Positions 10,916 through 24,183 of a stretch of 64,000 nt of DNA are shown here, one piece after another. The stretch comes from Eledone cirrhosa (lineage: Eukaryota), in contig OZ024741.1 of NCBI GenBank assembly GCA_964016885.1, forward strand, positions 17,980,001 to 18,044,000, in the 5' to 3' direction. The position numbers were made by a program, and so were the translations under genes. Each line of letters starts with the position of its first letter. Position 1 is the first letter of the stretch. The notes beneath the pieces were generated by a model. That model ran no database searches. It saw only the letters and a list, made by a program, of their open reading frames with translations, and was not told where the DNA came from.

Positions 10916-13900
10916 TTAAAAAAACAACAAAAAGAAAACCCCGTGACCAAGAAATACGGGATGGCGGCCGGCTGGGAATAGCCGTGTCTCTAGGGGAGAA
11001 CGGCCCCTCTAGTCTTGGTTGACATTCGTTCTAGAAGTGGTAACACGAAATGATTACCCCTTGGCGGATAAGGATAAAACGCGACAAAATAAAGTAAATG
11101 TCTAATGATAAAATCTCATACCGGATCGGCCGTCACCCGGGTAAAAAAGGGCCGCGTCCCTCAGAGAGGAATCAGACTGGGGTCGAAAAATCAGCTAATG
11201 GTTCAAACCTTCCCATCATTTCGGAGCTGGAGACCTCCCATAACCGGAATACTCCTACTGTTGGCCCTCCATGTTCACCACCAAGAAATCCAAAGAAAAA
11301 GGGAGGAAAATGGTCAAGGGAAGATAATAAAGAAGTCCTTGAGGCTTTTTACACTGCCATGTACTACCCATCAAATACATCGAATACAGAACAGACATAT
11401 ATCAACTGGAAAAAGAAACATCCCGAAAACAGAGGCTATATTGACAGTAACAAACTAGCCAATATACGAAGAAATATTGTAAGAAAAAAGTTACTAACTG
11501 ATATAGAAATTGATCAGATCAAGCTATTAGCACAAAGTCAGCGAAGGGAAAATGAAACATGTGTCAGTGAAAACGAGGTAAATTGTAACACTTCGAATCC
11601 CAAGGTTGGGGCGGAATCACTGGCAACAGAACAAATTAAAGAAAGGATCGAAAAAGTGGAGGGAATGCATGCTCAAGATGAAACTCCAAATGAAAATAAT
11701 GAGATCGTAAATGATAAAGAAATGAATGAGAATGAACTTGCCAACTTGAAGGATGAAATTATGATCGAATGGATGAAAATGAAAGAATCTGACATGGGGC
11801 AACGAGACACCCTCCCTAAGATCCAGAACTCCAAACAGAACCAAAAGATAATACACAAGACTAACATAATTCTCAGAAACATTATCATCACAAACAAACT
11901 AAACATTACTGATTTAAATCATCTCCATTATGCATCGGCTAAAGTCACCACTCACTTATGTGGAGTGAAGATGAAAAAACAAAGGAATTCCCACAAGAAA
12001 TCTACTTGGCAAGAGAACATCAATCGCCAAATAAACCTTCTCCGATCTGACATAGAAATTTTAACAAACTATAAAGTAGGTGAACATGTTAAACAAACTA
12101 AACTTAGAAAATTGAGAAAAAAGTACAGTATAAAATCAACATGTGACATAGACATGCTGATAGAAATAATCAAGCAAAAAGTGTCGGCCAAAGCTGCTCG
12201 TATAAGGCGCTTTGAAAAACGATCTAGATTCTATAAGGACAATAATATGTTCAAAAACAACCAAAGAAACTTCTACAGAAAAATTGGTAAGTCAACAATA
12301 ACTGCTAAATCAATACCACCCAAGGAGGAAGTGCAAGAATTCTGGGAAAAGATCTGGGCCGAAGAAAAAGTTCATAACATACATGCCCCATGGATAGACA
12401 GACAAATGAAAGATACAGCTCACCTTGAGGAACAAATATGGGAAAACATAACAGTTGAACAGTTGCGCTTGGCTCTAAGAAAAACCAGCAAATGGAAATC
12501 CCCAGGAAAAGACAAAATACAAAACTTTTGGATAAATGCCTTCACAGAGTCTCATGAGCTGTTAGCCCAACTTTACAATGAAATAGTTAAGGAGCCAGAA
12601 AAGATACCATCATGGCTAGTTAACGGCATTACATTCCTGCTTCCGAAGAATGATGAGACAAACAATCCCCAAAATTACAGACTGATAACTTGCTTGACCA
12701 CAATGTATAAAATTTTAACATCAGTCCTAACTGAATACACATATGACCACCTGATAACAAATGACCTATTTCCCATTGAGCAGAAAGGGTGTAAACGAGG
12801 CTCATATGGCTGTAAGGATCAGCTTCTGGTTAACAAAATGATACTGGAAGATTGTCATAATAGACACAAAAATCTATCGATTGCTTGGATAGATTATAAA
12901 AAAGCATTCGATAGTTTGCCACACAGTTGGATTGAAAAATGTTTAGAAATTTTCAAAATATCCCCCGTTGTCAGGAGGTTTTTGTCATTCAGTATAAAGA
13001 CATGGAAAACGACACTCCTTTTGAATAGTGAAACAAAATCACTGGAAGCTGGAGAAGTTAATATTAATTGTGGAATTTTTCAGGATGATTCTTTATCACC
13101 GCTTTTATTCTGCATCGCACTTATACCATTAAGTAAAATGCTCAATGAAACAAAACATGGATATAAAGTCTATGACAAAACCATTAATCACCTGTTCTAC
13201 ATGGATGACCTGAAACTATTTGCAAAAAATGATGAACAATTGCAAGGGCTATTATCCACTGTGGAGCAGTTCAGTGATGACATTAAAATGGAGTTTGGAC
13301 TAGATAAATGCGCCAAAGCAACGTTCACCAGAGGAAAGCTGCTGAAGAGTTCAGACATTAATCTTGATCGGGGGAACGTGATAAGAGAACTTGATCAAGA
13401 AAAAACTTACAAATATCTAGGTGTTTGTGAAGGAGACGGAATCAAGCACTCGACAATGAGGGAAAGGATAAGGAAGGAATGTTACCGCAGAGTAAGAGCA
13501 ATCTTAAGAACGGAATTGAATGCAAGGAATAGGATCGATGCCATAAACACGCTTGCCATACCAGTAGTAACCTACAGTTACAATGTCATCAACTGGTCAA
13601 GCACTGAGATCCGTAGGCTCGATACAAAAATTCGAAAATTCTTAACCATGCACAGAATACATCACCCTAAGGCAGATATAGATAGAATATATCTCCCTAG
13701 GAACGAAGGAGGACGTGGGTTAATCCAGTTAGACATTGCGTTGAAAACTGCAACAATTGGATTATCTACATATCTAAGGGAATCACATGATTGGATCATT
13801 AAACTCGTTTTGAAACACGAAAGCATCAAAAGATCATATTCCATTACAAAAGATGCACAAAGATACAGTAATGGACTACAAATTTCAGAAGTCCCATTTA

Positions 13901-14892
13901 CTGCTGAAATGGAAAACACAGAAAAAGCAAAGCAGGTAAAAGTAACTGCAAAGAAAGAACTGCTACAGAAACTGGCTAAGAAATGGCAAGAAAAGCCTCT
14001 GTATGGAAAATACCCAAAGCGAGCTAACAATCCTGATGTTGACAAAACTTTAACCCATCAGAGGTTGGCATCCTCTGGACTGAAATCGGAGACTGAAGGA
14101 CTGATTATATCAGCACAACATCAGTGTCTGCCAACAAAAAATTACCAAGCCAACATAATAAAAAATGGATGCAGCCCATTATGCCGTGTATGCAAAAAAC
14201 AACCAGAGACCATTGACCATATAATTTCAATGTGCAGTCCTATAGCTCCAACTGAATACCTAAACAGGCATGACAGAGCTGCACAATACATACATTGGAT
14301 AATGTGTAAGCATTTTGACCTGCCCCATCAAAAGAATCGGTGGGAGCATCAACCACCTCCCATACTTGAAAAAGATCACATCTCAATCTTGTGGAACTTT
14401 AGCATCCAAACAGACCGAAAAATAGATGCAAATAGACCTGATATAATATTGAAGGACTTTAAAAAGAGGGTATGCCTGCTAATTGATATGTCTGTTCCAA
14501 TAGACAAGAATGTATATATAAAAACATTTGAAAAATTGAGCAAGTATAAGGACCTGGAGATGGAAATTGGAAAAATGTGGAAATTGAGAACTAAAACAAT
14601 ACCAGTGGTTGTAGGCGCTCTGGGAATGATACCTAAGGGGTCTAATGATTACTTATCGCAAATCCCAGGAAACCCGCGTATAGGAGAAATACAAAAGATA
14701 GTACTAATGGGAACTGCCCATATACTAAGGAAGATTCTGTCAATATAAGTACATCACAAGTCTAAACACTAAAGATGCATGTGTGAGTATGTATGTTCTT
14801 TCTTGAACATGGCGGACCTTGTTGTCTCTTGAGGTCACTGGTTGTGACTTGGTGATAACTCGTATGAACATAAAGCAAGATAAATGCAACTG
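10916..14892 (+). mobile_element. R4/Dong-like RLE LINE family D1, apparently full length
   Basis: Structured 5' UTR, single long ORF, 3' UTR, then (TAA)n at 14893-14917; 5' boundary approximate. Confidence 0.92.
11098..14748 (+). CDS. Single ORF: N-terminal domain, RT, CCHC knuckle, restriction-like endonuclease
   Basis: 1216 aa; WKSPGKD, IDYKKAFDS, HLFYMDDLKL, CRVC..H..C, RHD, RPDII, IDMSVP. QGDSLSP reads QDDSLSP and YRPIT reads YRLIT, so probably impaired. Confidence 0.92.
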   Translation: MSNDKISYRIGRHPGKKGPRPSERNQTGVEKSANGSNLPIISELETSHNRNTPTVGPPCSPPRNPKKKGGKWSREDNKEVLEAFYTAMYYPSNTSNTEQTYINWKKKHPENRGYIDSNKLANIRRNIVRKKLLTDIEIDQIKLLAQSQRRENETCVSENEVNCNTSNPKVGAESLATEQIKERIEKVEGMHAQDETPNENNEIVNDKEMNENELANLKDEIMIEWMKMKESDMGQRDTLPKIQNSKQNQKIIHKTNIILRNIIITNKLNITDLNHLHYASAKVTTHLCGVKMKKQRNSHKKSTWQENINRQINLLRSDIEILTNYKVGEHVKQTKLRKLRKKYSIKSTCDIDMLIEIIKQKVSAKAARIRRFEKRSRFYKDNNMFKNNQRNFYRKIGKSTITAKSIPPKEEVQEFWEKIWAEEKVHNIHAPWIDRQMKDTAHLEEQIWENITVEQLRLALRKTSKWKSPGKDKIQNFWINAFTESHELLAQLYNEIVKEPEKIPSWLVNGITFLLPKNDETNNPQNYRLITCLTTMYKILTSVLTEYTYDHLITNDLFPIEQKGCKRGSYGCKDQLLVNKMILEDCHNRHKNLSIAWIDYKKAFDSLPHSWIEKCLEIFKISPVVRRFLSFSIKTWKTTLLLNSETKSLEAGEVNINCGIFQDDSLSPLLFCIALIPLSKMLNETKHGYKVYDKTINHLFYMDDLKLFAKNDEQLQGLLSTVEQFSDDIKMEFGLDKCAKATFTRGKLLKSSDINLDRGNVIRELDQEKTYKYLGVCEGDGIKHSTMRERIRKECYRRVRAILRTELNARNRIDAINTLAIPVVTYSYNVINWSSTEIRRLDTKIRKFLTMHRIHHPKADIDRIYLPRNEGGRGLIQLDIALKTATIGLSTYLRESHDWIIKLVLKHESIKRSYSITKDAQRYSNGLQISEVPFTAEMENTEKAKQVKVTAKKELLQKLAKKWQEKPLYGKYPKRANNPDVDKTLTHQRLASSGLKSETEGLIISAQHQCLPTKNYQANIIKNGCSPLCRVCKKQPETIDHIISMCSPIAPTEYLNRHDRAAQYIHWIMCKHFDLPHQKNRWEHQPPPILEKDHISILWNFSIQTDRKIDANRPDIILKDFKKRVCLLIDMSVPIDKNVYIKTFEKLSKYKDLEMEIGKMWKLRTKTIPVVVGALGMIPKGSNDYLSQIPGNPRIGEIQKIVLMGTAHILRKILSI

Positions 14893-15834
14893 TAATAATA
14901 ATAATAATAATAATAATTAATATATATATATATATATAAAAGCTAGGATGTGTGTGTGCCTGTGTACAACTTTGGATACCTTAGGCTTTTACAATTACAA
15001 CCGAATTTGACCAAATCTTCTGTGCACGTTGCACCTGTCGCTAAGATGGTCACATCACAAACATTTTTCAAATCGACCCACGTTGAGCAATAAAAAAATC
15101 GATAGCAAAATTATCGGTATCAAAATTATTTTTTCTAAAGTGCATCATGTAAGGGAGATAACCAACTTTATTGAAAATCATTATGAAGAGAGTGAGATAG
15201 GGGAGATATGGAGACCTTCGTTTTCACTTTCAAAACAACAATCATCGTCGGACGAAATTTCAGAAATATAAACTTCAGATTCATTTGAAGATAAATCACT
15301 AATATTATCGCTTGTTTCTTGTTTATTCTGAATGTCGTCGTGTGTAAAACCTTCAAAGTCGTTATCTCTATTTTCATAAGCCATGTTGATACAAAATAAA
15401 ATTTGTTGCACTTTCAAAGTTAAAAAAACACTTGTTGTTTTAACTTGTTTCACTATATTAAGTGTTAATTTTCGCGGTAAGGGCCTAATCTCGGAGCAGT
15501 CTCGAATTGACGAGATTTTGATGATGGTTTGTTTATTTTTAGAACAATCCTTATGGGACTTTCCATTCAAACCATTGGGACCTACAACTTTTACATTTTT
15601 AAAGTAATTTCGTCCACATTTGAGGCAGGCATTATCTATGCTTCCAGCTGTATTCGTACGCATCAAACTTTTTTGACAATGAAGGAACATACTGAACAGG
15701 ATGTAGTTATTCAAATGATTTTTTAAGTTTTGCCAGTATATTTTTAATTTTACTGTAACGCTTCAATTCATACATTTTGACTTTACAATTTTTCACCAAA
15801 TAAAAGAAAGTATGCACATATTGGCTCTCGGACT

Positions 15835-18800
15835 TTGACCTCTCGGTCGAAGAAAACAATGCGTGTAAATGACGCTCCGCCGATAACCGAAAATAGACAA
15901 TCACAAAATGCGGTGAGTACAGTTATTGAAACATCTTTGTCCGCCGCTGAGCGTCGGTTAGTGCGGCGAACCAATAATGCTAAAGCAATTGCTGCAGCAC
16001 GAACTGCAGAGACAACAGAGCAACATGAAACACGCCTTGCTATGGATGCTACAGATACTGCTGCAGCAAGATCTGCAGAGACAGTACAAACAAATGAAAG
16101 AAGCTGTGTGCGTAATGCTTCAGCTAATGTTGCAGCAAGAGCAATTGAGACTGAGCAAGAACGTCAAAGTCGCCAATTGAGAAATGCTTCAGCTACTGCT
16201 ACGGCACGAGCTGTAGAGACTGTAACAAGTCGAGCTATTCGGCTGGAGGGTAACGCTCAACGTAGAGCTTTATCGCGGGGTATTTCAAAGGCATCACGCT
16301 CACGATGGTACCTTAAGGCAGTTAATTATGACCCCAATGTAAACTATCAAATCCATCCTGATATTCAAATATAACCCATGTCAAATACTTGCCAACATTG
16401 TAAAGCTAAAAATTGGGCGGGAGAATAGGCTGGAATGTGCTTCTCTAATGGTAAGGTTAATTTGCCCACCTTTAGGGAACCACCGCAACCTCTCCAGATG
16501 CTTCTAACAGGTAAGCATTCACAATCACGTGATTTTCTGAAGCATATCCGACAGTACAACATTGCGTTTCAAATGACCTCTTTCGGTGCAAAACGTCTGA
16601 TGGAAGATGGATTTATGCCGACTTTCAAAGTACAGGGCCAGGTGTATCATCTCATTGGATCACTGCAACCGCTGCCTACTGAAGAGCCACTATTTTTACA
16701 GGTTTACTTTATTGTTAACTGTCATCAGCAAGCAGATCGACGGCAATCGTACACTTCAGACACTAAACTGGAACTCTTGATTGACCTCCAAGACATGCTT
16801 CACTCTAACAATAGCTACATTCAAAGCTTCAAGTATGCTTTAGAAGAAGCACCTTCGCCAAATTACGATATCGTCATTTACGCTGATGAGAGACCATCTG
16901 GGGATCATGCGGGCCGGTATAATGCATTTACTTGTAATGAGGTAGCCATCGTTATTAGTGGAGAGCAGCACAACAAGAGATACATTATTATCAAGCGACG
17001 AGACAACAGCCTTAACAGAATAAGTGAAACCCATCGATCTTACGACGCACTCCAGTATCCGCTATTATTTGTTTATGGTGAGGATGGATACCATTTCGGA
17101 ATTCATCAAATTAATTCCACAAACCAAGATGAGCATACCACGAAAATTGTCATGTGCATGGATTTTTACGCTTTCCGATTCATGATCCGCGACAGCTGCT
17201 TCAACCAGCTGTACCGATCACAAGACCTCTTCAATCAATTTGCAGTTGACATGTTCGCAAAAATGGAGTCCGAGAGATTATGCTTCATTCGACTTAATCA
17301 GAAACAACTTCGCTGTGACACTTAGTGATGGAATGAACATTGATGCAGATCCTGATAGTATTGGACTGTTGTGCATCCTGCCTTCATCTTTCACAGGAAG
17401 TCCTCGGTTCTTTTTCTAAAAAATTCAAGATGCTTTAATTATTGTGCGCCTTTTCGGTAAACCAGATTTGTTTATTACTTTCACTTCAAACCCAAAATGG
17501 GAAGAGATTCAGAAAGAACTCTTTCCAGGTCAAAAAGCTACAGCCAGGCAGGATCTTATTGCCAGAGTTTTCCATCTTAAGTTAATTAAGCTCATGTAAC
17601 TTATCAAAACAGGTGAAATCTTTGGCCCAGTACAATGTGACATGCTTACATTTGAGTGGCAAAAGCGAGGTTTACCACATGCCCACATTCTGATCTGGTT
17701 AAAGACAAAACTTAGATCAGGTGAAATTGACAATGTCATTTCTGCTGAGTTTCCGGATCCGGCAATCGACAGGGACCTTTACCAAAAAGTTAAAGCACAC
17801 ATGATGCATGGCCCATGTGGACATGGATTTCACAACAACCTACCGGGTGTTAAGGACAAATCTAGGTGCTCAAAGAAATTTCCCCGACAGTTCCTTAAGG
17901 ACACTCAGACTGGTCATGACCGATACCCACTATATCGCCGGAGAAGACCCGAAGATGGTGGATTCACAGCAAGGGTTGGCAAACATGAGGTTGACAACAT
18001 ATGGGTTGTTCCATATAATCCACTCCTTATAAAGATTTTTGAAGCACACGTCAACGTAGAATACTATAATTCGATTAAATCTATAAAATACATTTGTAAG
18101 TATATTAATAAAGGCTCTGATGCTGTTACTTTTCGATTACTTCGGGAAAACAGCCGAGATGAAGTGGCCCAGTACCAAACTGGAAGATACATTAGCTCTA
18201 ATAAAGCGTTCTGGCGGATTTTCGGATTTGTTATACATCAACGGCATCCTGCTGTTCCAAAACTCCAAGTGCACCTGGAGAACTGTCAGAGAGTATATTT
18301 TACGAATGCATCAGCTGCTCAGTTAGCACAAGAACCAAAGGATACTACTCTTACCGCTTTCTTTAAACTATGTCAAGAAGATCCATTTGCTAAAACCTTA
18401 CTATATCCACAAGTCCCATCTTACTATACCTGGGACAAAAATACATGGAAGCGAAGAGAAACAGGACAGTGTGTCGAAGGTTATCCAGGCATCAAGTTCA
18501 ACGAGTGCTTGGGCAGAGTTTATACTGTGCCCTCAAACCAACACGAGTGCTTCCATCTTCGCATGCTACTACATGAGGTCAGAGGACCTACCTGCTTTGA
18601 TGGTCTCCGAACGTTAGACGGACAAGTTCTTCCAACATACACAAAGGCATGTTTGGGGCGTGGATTGCTGGAAGATGGTTTGCAGTGGGATGCAACGATG
18701 GCGGAAGTTGCTCTTTCACATTCACCTGCCAGCCTAAGAAATTTATTTGCGGTACTTTTGCACTCGTGCAACTTATCTGATCCTCTGTCCTTGTGGATGA

Positions 18801-20433
18801 AATATAGGGATGAACTAACAGACGACTACAGACACCAAGCACAATTTCTGCTTCCAGAAATAGAGTTCGGCTTTAGTAATGAATTATACCACAGAGCTCT
18901 CATTGATATTGAGGACAAGTTAGTTCTGATTGGAGGAAAGGTTTTACGTTACTACGGTTTACCAGAAACTGATCGCACAGACTCAAACAAACTTCCCACA
19001 GATATCATACAGGAGACTTCTTATGACATCCATGATCTCGGCCTCTAAGTCACAGATAATGAGCCAAAACTTCTAGCTGATCAGCGACTGGCTTATACCA
19101 CCATTACTGAATCGGTATTTCAAAGAAGAGGTGGCATATTTTTCCTCGATGCTCCAGGGGGGACAGTAAAAACTTTTGTTACTAAACTTCTTGTTGCAAA
19201 GGTTAGACAGAATAAGGACATAGCAATAGCAGTTGCGTCCTCTAGAATCGCAGCAACTTTGCTCCCTGGTGGAAGGACGGCACATTCAGTTTTTAAATTG
19301 CCCTTGATTTGTCAAAATTGGAAACTCCTACTTGTCATATCACCAAAGACTCCGAAAGGGCTCATCTGCTGCGAAGGTGTCACCTTATTGTTTGGGATGA
19401 GTGCACAATGGCGCACAAAGGTGCTCTTGAGGCACTAGACAGGTCTTTGCAAGACATACGGGATTGCAGTGATGTTATGGGGAGTGTCACCCTTCTGCTA
19501 TCAGGAGACTTCAGACAGACTCTTTCTATAATACCGAAAGGAACAAGAGCAGATGCGGTAAATGCATGTCTTAAGTCTTCACCATTGTGGCGACAAGTGA
19601 CATCATTAAGACTAACTACCAACATGCGTGTAAGGTTGCATGGGGACCCTCTGTCATCAACATTTTCTGGAGACATTCTTACAATAGGAGATGGTAACCT
19701 ACCTCCGGATACAGATGGACACATAGCAATTCATCACATTTGCAATGTAGTTGAAATTGTCGATGATCTCAAGGGGAGTGTACTCCCAAACTTGCGTGAT
19801 AACGATACGAATCTTGATTGGCTATGTGAAAGAGCCATTCTTGCACCCCAAAATATCACGGTTAGCTGTATTAACGATCAGCTTCTCCAGCTTCTTCCTG
19901 GATGTCCACGGATATATAAATCTATTGATACTGTATGTGATCCACAGGATGCTGTCAATTATCCAGTTGAATTTCTAAATTCTTTAAATCCTCCTGGTTT
20001 ACCTCCTAATACATTGGTTCTGAAGGAGGGAACGCCAGTTATTTTGCTGAGAAATATCACTCCTCCAAAACTATGCAATGGTACACGCCTTGTGGTTAAA
20101 AAACTGTCTCCACTTAGTATTGACGCTACCATTCTATCTGGATGTGGAAAAGGCGAGGAGGTGATAATAACAAAAATTAACCTCACTACATCAGGCGTGG
20201 ATACTCCCTTCTCCTTTCGCCGAACCCAATTTCCCCTTCGTGTTGCCTTTGCGATGTCCATAAACAAGTCGCAAGGTCAAACTCTGTCCGTCACTGGAAT
20301 TCACTTGGATGAACCTTGCTTTTCGCACGGACAATTCTACGTTGCCTGCTCACGAGTTGGCAGTCGAGATAATCTCTTTGCGTTTGTTCCAAAAAGAAAA
20401 ACAAAGAATATCGTCTATCCTGAAGTGCTTTAG
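15835..20433 (+). pseudogene. Helitron RepHel (HUH Rep plus PIF1-like helicase) with stops and frameshifts
   Basis: N-terminal AAR.AET.EQ repeats; SYDALQYPL; EWQKRGLPHAHIL; KYICKYINKG; IVWDE, GDFRQ, QFPLRVAFAMSINKSQGQT, HGQFYVACSRV. Confidence 0.93.
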
Positions 20434-20804
20434 TGTTAACAAAAACACTTATTACAGCTCTGCCTTGACTTCACCTTACTCATTACAAAACATACCAATG
20501 AATATGTCATGCAGGATATTTTGGATTATAAGTTCAAAATTTAACCATACACAGCAAAGGATGCTCTCAAAGAATAGATTTTCTCTTATTCTACTCTCAT
20601 TGTTTTTTTGTTTGTATACAACTCTGCTTTCATTACAACTTTTTGTACTTTAGCAAAACTGCCTGTTTTTATACAGATTTGCAACGTGTATTGGTCTTTA
20701 ATCATTTGTATAACTACATCCTGTTCAGTGTTTCCCTACATTATCAGCATAGTTTTATGTGTACAAAGATTGCACTAAATATTTGTTTGCATTATTTATT
20801 GAAG

Positions 20805-20990
20805 GGCGGTGGATTGGCAATATCAGTATAGGGTCGGACAACATGCTTTGACGCATAGAGTTACGGCCCTTGCCATTCTGAGTTCAAATCCCGCCAAGGT
20901 TAACTTTGCCTTTCATCCTTACGGGGTCGATAAAATAAAGTACCAGTGATACACTGGGTAATTGCTGGCCTTGTGCCTAACGTAGAAACA
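20805..20990 (+). mobile_element. tRNA-derived SINE inserted in the Helitron
   Basis: B-box GAGTTCAAATCCC; flanking direct repeat ATTATTTATTGAAG at 20791-20804 and 20991-21004; other copies in the window. Confidence 0.85.
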
Positions 20991-21309
20991 ATTATTTATT
21001 GAAGACTTCTGCTTATTTTGACAGGTTGGGGACAAATAATTTTCCTCTTTTACTTCCTAGCTGTATATTCTTAGCATAATTTCAAACCCCGGGCAACGCC
21101 GGGTAAATCTGTTAGTATATATATATATATTGCATTTCCGTAGCGGAATGGAAAGATCCCACAGTTAAATAAGTTACATTAAGGAGAGAAAAAGGAAGCA
21201 TAATTTATTTCAGAAGGAAATTACTTCTACAGGACTAGCCCTGTTTCAGTCGGTTATATACGTAAAAGGACTCAACACAATTAAACTAAAGCAGCTAACC
21301 TAACTTATA

Positions 21310-21497
21310 GATGTTTGGCAGTATGGGTGGAGGGTTGGACGCCATGCTTTGACGCATAGAGTTACGGCCCTTGCCATTCTGAGTTCAAATCCCGCCGATG
21401 TTAATTTTGCCTTTCATCCTTACGGGTTCGATAAAATAAAGTACCACTAATGCACTGGGTAATTGCTGGCCTTGTGCCAAAAAGTAGAAACAATTAT
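21310..21497 (+). mobile_element. SINE, same family as 20805
   Basis: Collinear similarity. Confidence 0.82.
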
Positions 21498-22420
21498 TTC
21501 ATTTCGAATACAAATGAACTTACATATGAAACAAACTTTCTTACATAAAACACTGAAATATAACTCTTTTTCTCTCCCCACCTCTTTCTCTCTATCTCCC
21601 TCTCTGTCTCTCGCTCTTTTCCTCCTCTCTCGCTCTCTGTATATATATGTGTATATCTGTGGGTTGTTTGTATGTATATATATATATTGCTCGTGATCTA
21701 CCCCTGTGGTTTCATCCGACTGGCTTTCTCCCTAAAATCTGTCCCGAGAGATTCTAAGCACCTGTCCAAAATACTGGAGTTGGGATCTCTCGATTCGGAG
21801 AAGCACTGGGAACCCAATCGAGTAAGCTTATTCCCCCAAACTTTAGGCAATACTCCCACTAATTCTCAAAGACCTGCCACAGTGTAATTACATGGTCGGC
21901 TGTGCTGTGTTAGGGGTGAAAACCACCCTGTTCGTCAGTCAGCATGGGCTCTACAGTATCCCTACATGCTTTTTGCCGGACAATTAGTATATACATAAAC
22001 CTTCACTTGAAAATATATGTCTGCGTATATAAATACGTGAATATGTCAATATGTACAGATATATATGTGTGTTTAATTCTTCCCAGTGTATGTATGTGTG
22101 TAACTCTGTGTGTGTGTGTGTATCTGTGTGTCTGTGTGTGTGTTCGAATAAGTGTTTCCGTTCACGCCTCCTTATATCCCCGTATCACGTGATCTGTTCA
22201 TTAGCTTCCAGGTCAGGTATTACAAGTTCAGTAATGATAATAGTAATAATAGTGTGGTGAAGATGGTGGTGGGAAGGATGAGCATGATGAGGGGAAGGGG
22301 GGAGCAGGTGGAGGGGGAGGAAGAGGAGGAAGAGAAGGAAGAGAAGGTTGAGGAAAAGGATGCGGATGAGGGAGAGGAGGAGGAGAATGGTGATGATGAG
22401 GAGTTGGAGGAGGAGAGTTT

Positions 22421-22800
22421 TTCATTTATTTGCCACAAGGGCCTCGAATGAACAATACATTACAAGGACAGGTTATATGGGCAGGGGGGGGGGGGTTATA
22501 TGGGAGTCGGACAAGTGAGAAGAAGAAGAAGAAGAAGAAGAAGAAGAAGAAGAAGAAGAAGAAGAAGAAGAAGAAGAAGAAGAAGAAGAAGAAGAAGAAG
22601 AAAAGGAAGAAGAAGTGAGTAGATATGTGTGTGTGCGTGGGGTGAGGTTAATCAGACATTCTGGCGAGATCCCTAAATAGTCTAGTGTGTTACAGGTCGT
22701 GCCTTTCAAAAAGAAATGGGGTGAACTGTATAATTATCTGTTTACGGTTATGGCGAAGCGGGTGGCAGACTGGGATACCCGCCTTAGAGAAATACTGGTT
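22421..22800. mobile_element. Degenerate pieces of a third Tx1-like family around an (AAG)n tract
   Basis: Minus-strand CCTTGTGGCAAATAAATGAA resembles the A/B 3' end; plus-strand [12 protein letters not shown] resembles MAKEIVWWTRL. Confidence 0.45.
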
Positions 22801-22874
22801 GATGTGTATTTCTATAGACACTGGGTATATGTATATATATACATATATATATATACCCCAGTGTCTATAGAAAT

Positions 22875-23011
<137 letters not shown>

Positions 23012-23028
23012 CCAGTGTCTATAGAAAT

Positions 23029-23237
<209 letters not shown>

Positions 23238-23312
23238 TACACATGTATATATGTATATATATATACATACAGCATGGCCACAGCCGGATGGCTGAAACAG
23301 GTAAAAAAAAAA

Positions 23313-23371
<59 letters not shown>

Positions 23372-23507
23372 CACACACACATGTATACTGACATATCCGA
23401 CAGGGTGGGTTTCCTCACCGTTTCCGTCTATCAAATTTCCCTCGCAGGAATACATATATTTACTCACACACACACGCAAACATAATACATACATACATAC
23501 ACACACT

Positions 23508-23649
<142 letters not shown>

Positions 23650-23778
23650 TATTGTTATACTTTAGGTGTCAATAAAACTTTAGATGTCAATAAAACACAA
23701 GCACCTGTTGGTTTTCATTTCATTTTACTAGAAATTTCAAGTTGGTTGGTTTAATAACCTGATGGTTGTTTATTCATT

Positions 23779-23821
23779 GTCAAAGCTCTTTCGTCACAGA
23801 TTCTGTGACCTCCCAAGTGAC
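23779..23821 (-). ncRNA. Degenerate minimal type-I hammerhead motif
   Basis: GTCA-CTTGGGA-GGTCACAG/AAT/CTGTGAC-GAAA-GAGC-TT-TGAC; core deviates from CUGANGA. Confidence 0.5.
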
Positions 23822-23958
23822 TAATTTGTTATTTTGTGTCTTTTCTTTGTTCTGTCCTAATAAAATGATCCAAAACGGAGGCTTTACAAACATCAAATTT
23901 TAAAATCAATGTTTGTACATGTTATAAAGATCCTCACAGACCCTCCATCTCAACTCTA

Positions 23959-23994
23959 CTTTTGAAAAGCAGAAGAACTGCGAAACCGGTAAAG
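23959..23994 (+). ncRNA. Degenerate minimal type-I hammerhead motif
   Basis: CTT-TTGAAAA-GCAG/AAGAA/CTGC-GAAA-CCGG-TA-AAG; palindromic stem III; two transitions from CTGAAGA. Confidence 0.55.
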
Positions 23995-24124
23995 GAACCA
24001 AATAAATATATATATATTTTTTTAAATAAGACTCCAGTTGCATTTTCGATTTCATCTTTTTTTCTTTATACTTTCACTCGTGTAGGACACCTCCTTTATT
24101 TTTCATTTTGTAAAAAAAACCCAC

Positions 24125-24181
<57 letters not shown>

Positions 24182-24183
<2 letters not shown>

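Larger units (their letters stand above)
14925..21115 (+). mobile_element. Helitron, formerly autonomous, decayed
   Basis: 5' TATATAAAAGCTAGGATGTG merging with (TA)n; RepHel coding region; 3' hairpin CCCGGGCAACGCCGGG (21088-21103), then TTAG|T (CTAG variant). Confidence 0.9.
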
